Positions 57,130 to 64,000 of a stretch of 64,000 nucleotides of DNA are shown one piece after another (position 1 is the stretch's first letter; every line of letters begins with the position of its first letter). The translations under genes were made by a program, and so were the position numbers. Origin of the DNA: a virus (lineage: Duplodnaviria; Caudoviricetes); the IMG/VR virus record IMGVR_UViG_3300009031_000221, positions 224,001 to 288,000 of that record. One strand, written 5' to 3'. Under the pieces are notes generated by a model, which saw nothing but the letters and a program-made list of their open reading frames with translations, had not been told where the DNA came from and did not search any database.

Positions 57130-57557
57130 GCATTGGACCTCCCCGCCCTCACCTGGGCATCAACACGGATACCGTTCACTTGATGGCCTTGGATGATCAA
57201 CTCCGGCAGTTGAATCTATGGGTAACTGCGGCACGCACAACTGTCCAGGTTCTGCTGGCTAAGCGTGCCCCTGAACCACAGCCTGAACCTATCATGACTT
57301 CGCATCCGTTTTCGCCTCCTCAGTTATTGGACGCGGATCCGCCCGAATATTCCCGTGTACAGGAACCTACCAAGGCAGCCTTGATGGAACAAGGGCTTGC
57401 CCTTGATATCCCTGAAAGCGTTCTCCGGGATCCCAAGTACTTGAATGGGACTTCCCGTCCTTCCAAGGAAGGGTTGAAGGCCACGCAAGTATTCCTCGGG
57501 CAAGTCAAGGCATTGAAGGCTGCAGGGCAGGATCCATCTCCCCTGTGGGAGGCCTGA
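57126..57557 (+). CDS. Hypothetical protein, 143 aa
   Basis: ATGA coupling. Confidence 0.65.
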   Translation: MSIGPPRPHLGINTDTVHLMALDDQLRQLNLWVTAARTTVQVLLAKRAPEPQPEPIMTSHPFSPPQLLDADPPEYSRVQEPTKAALMEQGLALDIPESVLRDPKYLNGTSRPSKEGLKATQVFLGQVKALKAAGQDPSPLWEA

Positions 57558-57596
57558 GGATTTTCGGTATCTATCCGATAGAACCCTAGTGGTGGA

Positions 57597-58217
57597 ATGA
57601 TTGAACCCATTCCTATTCCACCACTAGGAGCCCATCAAATGTCAGCTACCAAAATATGTAAGTGCTGCGGTATCGATAAACCGGTGTCTGACATGACACC
57701 TAGGAAAAAGAACGGTAGAACGTATTTTACAAACCATTGCAAGAAGTGTGAAAGCCTGCGAACGCAGGGGTGGCAAAAAGGTAATCCTGAAAAGTACCAA
57801 GCACTTCAAGAAAGCACCAAACTTCTACATAAACATATCCGGGTTCACCAACGGGATAGGGCTATCCTATTTGATAGCCGACACACAGACAAAAAGTCGG
57901 GTTTAATCAACGATCTCGACAGGAAATTCATCCAGGGGGAAATCCTAAAAGGGTGCTATTATTGTGGGGATACGCAGATTCAGATGACTCTTGATCGAAT
58001 AGACAATACGGTGGGACATTTGAAAACTAATGTTATGCCATGTTGCATCCGTTGCAATGTCACCCGCAGAAACATGCCCTATGAAGCCTGGTTGGTTGTT
58101 GCTAAAGGAATGCGGGAAGCACGGCAAAGGGGCCTATTTGGGAACTGGGCTGGATCATCTACAAAAGCAAACCCTGAGGAGCTTACTTTTGATACATCGG
58201 GCGTAGATCCTACATAG
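57597..58217 (+). CDS. HNH-like endonuclease
   Basis: CYYCG...TLDRIDN..GH...NVMPCC.RCN; lower GC than neighbours. Confidence 0.85.
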   Translation: MIEPIPIPPLGAHQMSATKICKCCGIDKPVSDMTPRKKNGRTYFTNHCKKCESLRTQGWQKGNPEKYQALQESTKLLHKHIRVHQRDRAILFDSRHTDKKSGLINDLDRKFIQGEILKGCYYCGDTQIQMTLDRIDNTVGHLKTNVMPCCIRCNVTRRNMPYEAWLVVAKGMREARQRGLFGNWAGSSTKANPEELTFDTSGVDPT

Positions 58218-58241
58218 GGCACAGTGCCCGGAGGTTCTTCG

Positions 58242-58904
58242 ATGAATACCCCAGCGCAAGATGTTGTACAACGGCACATCAAACAACTGGCAGTTATGCG
58301 TGGGTGGCTCGATGGTCGAGGATACTTCAAAGCAGCGGACGCCCTGGAATTTGTAAGGGGTTTGGAACAAGGGACAAGAAAAGATAATTTGACTCCTAAG
58401 TTTCACCACCAGTTGAGCATTGCCCGGTTGGTTGCGACCCTGGCGCCGCACCTTGCCATGCCGGAAGAGACGCTGGCGGCTGCGTTCCTGCATGACGTAC
58501 TGGAAGACCACAGTGACAAGGTCACCCGTGGAGACCTGGAAGCCCGCTTTGGCAAGGTCATCGCTGACGCCGTGTGGAAGCTCAGCAAGAAGTGCGGCGG
58601 ACTGGTCAAGACCTACGACCTCTACTTCGCGGAGATGGCTACATGCCCCATCGCAAGCATCGTGAAAATCGCTGACCGGGCGCATAACGTGCAGACCATG
58701 GTCGGCGTGTTCACGATTGCCAAGCAGAAGGAATACTTGGCGGAAGTGGACACCTACTTCTTCCCCCTGATTCGCCAAGGTCGCCGCAACTTCCCTCGCC
58801 AGTACGGCGCCTACGAGAACATCAAGATCCTGTTGCGGAGTCAGGCCCGCCTGATTCGCCAAATCCATGAGGCCATGCCGAAGGACGCCAGCCATGAATG
58901 TTGA
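58242..58904 (+). CDS. HD-domain hydrolase, SpoT/MESH1-like
   Basis: R.D..TP..HH, AAFLHDVLED, L+K, VKIADRAHN. Confidence 0.9.
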   Translation: MNTPAQDVVQRHIKQLAVMRGWLDGRGYFKAADALEFVRGLEQGTRKDNLTPKFHHQLSIARLVATLAPHLAMPEETLAAAFLHDVLEDHSDKVTRGDLEARFGKVIADAVWKLSKKCGGLVKTYDLYFAEMATCPIASIVKIADRAHNVQTMVGVFTIAKQKEYLAEVDTYFFPLIRQGRRNFPRQYGAYENIKILLRSQARLIRQIHEAMPKDASHEC

Positions 58905-59292
58905 TGCTATGATCAATCTTGCCAAACCCCTTGTTCCTAGGATGAGGGCTCAAGAGGCACAGCTAGCGGATCAAAGAGTGGCAGCCGCAAAGGCTTTCGA
59001 ACAAGATGTCATTTCCGCGATTCCGATAGTTGAAAAGATCCTTCAAAAAGCGTTGGAGGAATCCGCTAAAACGGGGGGTCTAGTCGACATATCGTTTATG
59101 CACGAGAGTGATGATCTTAGATGCCACCTCGTCTACCAGGATCTTTTTGCAGTAAAGGAAGCCGTGCGTCGAGTATTGGTGGAAACCAATGATAAGGTGC
59201 GCCCACAGGGATTTTCAATTCATATCGACACGTTGTCCACCGCCCGGGGGGAAACCCGAGTCCGGCTTAAGCCATCCTGGGTACGCCGCTAG
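58894..59292 (+). CDS. Hypothetical protein
   Basis: Overlapping operon ORF. Confidence 0.6.
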   Translation: MNVDAMINLAKPLVPRMRAQEAQLADQRVAAAKAFEQDVISAIPIVEKILQKALEESAKTGGLVDISFMHESDDLRCHLVYQDLFAVKEAVRRVLVETNDKVRPQGFSIHIDTLSTARGETRVRLKPSWVRR

Positions 59293-59302
59293 GAGGATCG
59301 CC

Positions 59303-59722
59303 ATGAATGCTGAACCCCTTGTCCCACTCACCCTGACCTCCGATGAGGTGCGGTGGCTGAACTTGCCCGCCATCAACCTGACCCAGTTCTACCGTGACGA
59401 ACACGGCATGGATTGGAATGCTTGGCACTACTTCCCCAGTTCGGGAAGGGCTATGGATCCCGACTTCTACCCAGGGCAATTCTCCGATGGGCATAGCCAT
59501 GGGGATTGCCACATGGAAGGGCCGCATGAGGGTTGGACTCTCATCAACAAGTCTGAAATTAAGATGTTTACCATCAAATACATCGTGGCCATGAAGCGGG
59601 AACTGGAAGCGGTGCAATTGGAATTGCACAAGGCGGCACGTTCGAAGAAGCAGGTAGACCGGCAGAAGGCTGCTGGAATGCTGAGTGCCCGGTTGAACGA
59701 TGTCATCCAGATGCTTAGGTAG
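59303..59722 (+). CDS. Hypothetical protein
   Basis: RBS AGGAGG. Confidence 0.7.
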   Translation: MNAEPLVPLTLTSDEVRWLNLPAINLTQFYRDEHGMDWNAWHYFPSSGRAMDPDFYPGQFSDGHSHGDCHMEGPHEGWTLINKSEIKMFTIKYIVAMKRELEAVQLELHKAARSKKQVDRQKAAGMLSARLNDVIQMLR

Positions 59723-59774
59723 GTACGATATCTGTCCCGATAGGGTAACGGAATAAACCTGTGAGGAACCGAAA

Positions 59775-60275
59775 ATGACGTATTGGAAGTTTGTGCGACG
59801 TAACGTAATGATGTTCGTGATGAGCATGGTGATCTTCGCCCTGATCCTCGGAATTTTCTCCAACATTTCGAAGCTGGCGGAAACCATTGCAACCCGTATT
59901 GGAATCGCCAATACCTACCACGGCAGCTTCTACGTAACCATGGCGCTGTTGGCGATTGGCATCATTATCGGCATTGCCCTTGCACCCTTCACCGCCAAGC
60001 GGCTATTCAATCACGACCTGTTGGCGCCGAAGACTCCTCCGGTTATATCAGGCACTCGTATTGTTCCCCGTTGCCCAAACAGGGCCTCCCGTTGGAAGCA
60101 CGTCAAGCGTGGAACCTACTACATCGTGGATTTCCTTGCGGAGGGCAAAGGTGAAGGGATGGATGGTAAGCATTATGTCATCTATCACGCTGTGGTAGGA
60201 TATGGTTCCTATGCACGAGAACTCGCGGAGTTCATGGACGGGCGCTTTGTGCAAGAGGAACTTCCGAATGTTTGA
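59775..60275 (+). CDS. Membrane protein with a DUF1653-like C-terminal domain
   Basis: Two TM helices, then WKHVKRG.YY...VIY...YAR..EFMDGRF. Confidence 0.7.
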   Translation: MTYWKFVRRNVMMFVMSMVIFALILGIFSNISKLAETIATRIGIANTYHGSFYVTMALLAIGIIIGIALAPFTAKRLFNHDLLAPKTPPVISGTRIVPRCPNRASRWKHVKRGTYYIVDFLAEGKGEGMDGKHYVIYHAVVGYGSYARELAEFMDGRFVQEELPNV

Positions 60276-60900
60276 ACTGAACTGCACCACCGATCGCTAC
60301 GATGACATCTACGCGCCCTGGTTGGCCCGTGAATCGAATCTATTGAAGCTGTCCGGTTATCGACCGGGTGACGCCTTCCTAGACCTCTGCGGAGGCTCTG
60401 GAGGCGTTGCCAAGGAAGCGATCAAAATGGCTTCCTACGGAGAAGTAGATCTCCTGGATCTGAACCCCCGCTGCGACAACAAGTTTGTTCGATGCCACAA
60501 AGGGCGGGCGGAAGACGCCTATCAGATATTCAATCCCGGACAGTTCGACGTGGTCATTTGCCGTCAAGGCCTAGGATACCTGCAGTTGGAACCTACCTGT
60601 TATGCCATGGCGCAGATCATCAAGCCGGGCGGCAAGTTCGTGTTCAACACGTTCAAGAAGCCCACTCGGTTTGGTGTCAAGAACTACCAGTTCGACGGAT
60701 GCGTCTACGATGAGGTTCACCTGTATCTGTTCGGGCGTATCATCCATCTTCAGCACAAGCAGGATAATGCTAGCGATGTTACGATGTTCCGCTACCACAG
60801 CCCTGAGGAAATCCTTGATGCGGTATCCCCTTGGTTCAACGTGGAATTAGTGACATCGAAATCATCATTGCGTTGGGTTTGCACAAGGAAACCGAAATGA
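60268..60900 (+). CDS. Class I SAM-dependent methyltransferase
   Basis: FLDLCGGSG, LLDLN, FDVVIC, IKPGGKF. Confidence 0.88.
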   Translation: MFELNCTTDRYDDIYAPWLARESNLLKLSGYRPGDAFLDLCGGSGGVAKEAIKMASYGEVDLLDLNPRCDNKFVRCHKGRAEDAYQIFNPGQFDVVICRQGLGYLQLEPTCYAMAQIIKPGGKFVFNTFKKPTRFGVKNYQFDGCVYDEVHLYLFGRIIHLQHKQDNASDVTMFRYHSPEEILDAVSPWFNVELVTSKSSLRWVCTRKPK

Positions 60901-61586
60901 AAGTCTACAAGCTGACGGATCCCAAGATGTGTACCTACGGGAGATGCCAATGGCACATTGACATCCCTCGGGTTACATCTGGGGAAAGGGGCTTGTGTGG
61001 CGGGGGTTGGCTCCACTGGTATACGGATCCCAAGTTGGCGTTGTTCTTGAATTCCATTCACGGGCAATTCGAACGGGAATACCTCAGGCTGTTTGAGGCG
61101 GAAGCCGAGGGCCGAATCTTGCATGACAAGCCCTTCAAGGGAGGGTCAACCAAACTGACCCTCACAAGGGAAATCACGGATTTCCAACGCCCCACGGATG
61201 AACAATTCATCTACTTTGGCATCCTTTGTGCCAAGCACGTCTACAAGGACGTGGAATGGAATGCTTGGGCGGATAGGTGGATTTGTGGAGATCGCTCCAT
61301 GAATATGTCCTGGGAGGCTGAGAAGGTATCGTATGTTGCCAACTGTGCATATGAGTATCGAAAGGATTATGCCGCGAAATCAGCATTCTTGGCTGCAAGG
61401 GCAGCGTTGTCTCACTTCGATGGAAGGGTGCATATCTACCACGCATCAAGGGCTGCTGACTATGCTGTCAAGTCGTACGGGTTTCGGAAATTGTCAATGT
61501 TCATGACTTCCTTGAAGTGCGCGAATTTCATCAATCTGAAATCCATTGCGGATCGGGCATTGGAATACGACATCAACAAACTGTAA
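60897..61586 (+). CDS. Hypothetical phage protein
   Basis: ATGA coupling; KVYKLTD..M.TYG..QW. Confidence 0.7.
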   Translation: MKVYKLTDPKMCTYGRCQWHIDIPRVTSGERGLCGGGWLHWYTDPKLALFLNSIHGQFEREYLRLFEAEAEGRILHDKPFKGGSTKLTLTREITDFQRPTDEQFIYFGILCAKHVYKDVEWNAWADRWICGDRSMNMSWEAEKVSYVANCAYEYRKDYAAKSAFLAARAALSHFDGRVHIYHASRAADYAVKSYGFRKLSMFMTSLKCANFINLKSIADRALEYDINKL

Positions 61587-61595
61587 GGGGCAATC

Positions 61596-62132
61596 ATGGA
61601 TTTCGATACCTACTTCAAGTTGCACCCCGAAGCCCTCATCCCTTACGGGGATTGGATTCGACCATCCGAGAAATACCAGGCCATTCGGGCGGGTGTCCTT
61701 CAGTTCAATGATGACACCGCGTGCTGCTGGGGGGGCCCTTTCCCTGGCAATGTCGCAGGCTTTAGCCTCTACGATGTTCGGGTTGCGTATCCCAGTTACA
61801 AGGGCAAACCCCTTGCGGAAGCCCATGCCACGGCCTTGGTGCAAGTCGCAAAACTGAAAGAATCGGATATGCGGTATGAACACCAGCCGTATTGGGCAGA
61901 ATTGTTTGCTCGAGTCCAAGCAGGAGATGCCGCCGCAATCCATGTCATCAATGAGTGGGGAACCCTGGAGCATCCGTTCACGCTTCACGTATTCGGTAAT
62001 GATGACTGCAGCTACTCCAAATGGTTCGCAACGCAGGCTGAAGCCGAAGCTGTGTTGGACCTGCTTGAGGCAGGGCAACCCCTAGATATGTTCAAGGACT
62101 TCCACCCATTCTATTTTGTGTTCACCAACTGA
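61596..62132 (+). CDS. Hypothetical protein, 178 aa
   Basis: RBS AAGGGG. Confidence 0.7.
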   Translation: MDFDTYFKLHPEALIPYGDWIRPSEKYQAIRAGVLQFNDDTACCWGGPFPGNVAGFSLYDVRVAYPSYKGKPLAEAHATALVQVAKLKESDMRYEHQPYWAELFARVQAGDAAAIHVINEWGTLEHPFTLHVFGNDDCSYSKWFATQAEAEAVLDLLEAGQPLDMFKDFHPFYFVFTN

Positions 62133-62138
62133 GGCACC

Positions 62139-63296
62139 ATGAAAGTCTTGATTACCGCCGGCCCCGTCTATGGGAGGCTTGACGACAACAAGTTGGTCAG
62201 CAACCGCTCCCGTGGCATATGGGCAGAGAAGTACGCGGAACGCCTATGTGATCAAGGGCACGACGTTACGCTATTGGTTGCGGATACCTACCCTGAGCCC
62301 ATGTGGCACGGAATCCTTCATCGTATCGGGGATCCCGTGCCAAAGGTCCTTCGGCAAACGGGGTTTGATGACTACCGTGCCCAGTGCATGGCGTTGGCGC
62401 CGGAGATGGATGTTGCCATTATGGCAAGCGCTGTCGTCAACTGGATCCCGGCGGAACCCATCAAGGGCAAGATGACCACCAAGGGCTACAAGCCCGGTGA
62501 CCGGGTCAACATTCCGTTCTACTTGGCCCCGCATGTCATTGACGAGATGAAGAAGCTGAATCCCCGTATAACATTGGTCGGTTGCAAGATGACTTCGGGG
62601 GCTGAATACCAAGACATGATTGATGCCGCCTACGATGTCATCCTGCACGCCAAGGCGAATGTTGTCGTAGCCAATGACCTGACGCACGGTCTCAAGGATA
62701 AGTTCCTCGTCTACCAGGACAAGACCGTCGTCCCTTACCGAAAGGACTTCAAGGGTTTATTCCGTGACCTGGATGCCGTATTGGCAGATGAACATTACCA
62801 TACGAAGGTGACTTCACCCGGGTCTTTCACAAAGGTTGAGGGCGGATCCACCTTTGACCGTATCGTGGCCAAGTACTGGGATCGGTTCATCCATCGTTCT
62901 GCTACGGATAACATGGTGCTCGGATCGATTTGTGTTCCACAGGGCGATAATGAAACGTGGCACACATGGCTCCTGTCCCCACGGGAGAAGGGCGGAAAGT
63001 CCTTTATTAGCTATGATGCGTCAATCGTAGTAGACATCGATGGCAGGGAAATCAAAACCGATGGATGCAAGGCAACCTTGAATGCCCCACTTCTCACCCG
63101 TGTTTGCGGCAAATACCCCACGGCAACCGCTATCCTGCATTTGCACGAACAACTGCCGAATGTCCCGACTGTCCCCTATGCCCCACCGGGTACTGTAAGG
63201 GACAATGACCGGGAGATCCCTGGGCCGATATTCAACATCGAAGGGCATGGATTTATTGCATGCTTGGATGATAACCTGGAAATCTGGAGAGTTTGA
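62139..63296 (+). CDS. coaB: Phosphopantothenate-cysteine ligase (CoaB)-like protein with a C-terminal class II aldolase-like domain
   Basis: VLITAGP..G.LDD...VSNRSRG, MASAV.NW.P...KG, VG.K, VVANDL; C-terminal HLHE and GHG. Confidence 0.8.
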   Translation: MKVLITAGPVYGRLDDNKLVSNRSRGIWAEKYAERLCDQGHDVTLLVADTYPEPMWHGILHRIGDPVPKVLRQTGFDDYRAQCMALAPEMDVAIMASAVVNWIPAEPIKGKMTTKGYKPGDRVNIPFYLAPHVIDEMKKLNPRITLVGCKMTSGAEYQDMIDAAYDVILHAKANVVVANDLTHGLKDKFLVYQDKTVVPYRKDFKGLFRDLDAVLADEHYHTKVTSPGSFTKVEGGSTFDRIVAKYWDRFIHRSATDNMVLGSICVPQGDNETWHTWLLSPREKGGKSFISYDASIVVDIDGREIKTDGCKATLNAPLLTRVCGKYPTATAILHLHEQLPNVPTVPYAPPGTVRDNDREIPGPIFNIEGHGFIACLDDNLEIWRV

Positions 63297-63301
63297 ACAC
63301 C

Positions 63302-63466
63302 ATGAAAGAGTACCTGATTCGCTGTGCCCTGAATGACCTCTTTTCTTGCCGCCCTTTAGATCCCAGCAACCCGTGGGATGCGTTCTTGCTCAAGTGCCGC
63401 GATGATATAGATGAAATCGTCCTGAATGATTTTAATAGGATTTGTGCTGAAATATCTGGGAGGTAG
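63302..63466 (+). CDS. Hypothetical protein, 54 aa
   Basis: Fills the coaB-coaD gap (MKEYLIRC...). Confidence 0.45.
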   Translation: MKEYLIRCALNDLFSCRPLDPSNPWDAFLLKCRDDIDEIVLNDFNRICAEISGR

Positions 63467-63469
63467 CCA

Positions 63470-64000
63470 ATGCGAGTTGCAGTCTATGCCGGTAGCTTTG
63501 ATCCCCCGACCCTTGGGCATATGGATATCATTCGTCGGGCTGGGGAGCAATTCGATAATGTTGTCATCCTTGTGGCATGCAATCCCGCCAAGAAAACGGG
63601 AATGTTCAACCAGATGGAACGAATGAACCTTCTGTATAGCCTCCTCATGGAGGAGTTGGGGGATGCGGGCACGCATCTTATCTGGCGGCACTCGAATGAC
63701 CCTATCCTGGAATCGGAGCCCAAGTACATGATTCGGGCTATCGGTGAAGATGTGGCAACGGTTAATGTTGCACGGGAGATGGGGGCGCATACCGTCATCC
63801 GGGGTTTGCGATCCATGATGGACTTCGAGAAAGAATTCGGGATGGCACTGGTCAATCGCAAACTGGCGCCAACGGTTGACACGGTATTCCTCATGACGGC
63901 ACATGAACACATGTTCACGTCATCATCAACCGCAAAGGAAGTTGCCTTCCTGAAGGGCGACTTGACATCGTTCGTTCATCCGTGGGTTGCACAGCAAATG
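63470..64000 (+). CDS. coaD: Phosphopantetheine adenylyltransferase (runs off the window)
   Basis: Manual translation: MRVAVYAGSFDPPTLGHMDII...IRGLRSMMDFEKE..MALVNRKL...TVFL...SSS..KEVA. Confidence 0.95.
   Translation, partial: MRVAVYAGSFDPPTLGHMDIIRRAGEQFDNVVILVACNPAKKTGMFNQMERMNLLYSLLMEELGDAGTHLIWRHSNDPILESEPKYMIRAIGEDVATVNVAREMGAHTVIRGLRSMMDFEKEFGMALVNRKLAPTVDTVFLMTAHEHMFTSSSTAKEVAFLKGDLTSFVHPWVAQQM

Noticed and set aside
1-64000. Alternative genetic code or suppressor tRNAs
   Set aside because: Genes read full-length in code 11 with TAG, TAA and TGA stops. No clean CTA, TTA or TCA anticodon was found.
1-64000. Reverse transcriptase, retron, DGR, integrase or transposase
   Set aside because: No YxDD RT, tyrosine/serine recombinase or DDE motifs were seen in the ORFs.

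Overview
This looks like a segment of a large (jumbo-type) phage genome. The first 49.5 kb is encoded almost entirely on the minus strand, and the rest on the plus strand. No virion or replication genes, rRNA, CRISPR array, integrase or reverse transcriptase were recognised. The window holds about 45 conventional tRNA genes, a tmRNA, RNase Z and RtcB. A dispersed vWA / unknown / JAB / Ubl / E1(ThiF) / RtcB gene set surrounds about 2.6 kb of paralogous structured non-coding RNA. An OmcE-like tetraheme cytochrome c, a complete deamidating NAD salvage island (pncA, pncB, prs, nadD, nadE, nrtR, macro; a NADAR gene lies separately at 5.3-5.8 kb) with a vWA/PP2C/kinase triad, CoA genes (coaB-like, coaD), ardC and about 9 HNH or PD-(D/E)XK endonucleases are also present. 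Transcription units start at 25 copies of one bipartite motif (CTTAC-N15-CGTAG). The most striking undescribed-looking signal is at 27.3-29.7 kb: nine ~140-150 nt tRNA-like RNAs share one structured module, grafted into the variable arm (5), the anticodon loop (1) or, circularly permuted, the acceptor stem (3). This array lies just upstream of the vWA (possibly Ro/TROVE-like) and RNA-repair genes. All calls were made by eye from motifs, with no database searches. Coordinates of RNA ends are accurate to a few nt.
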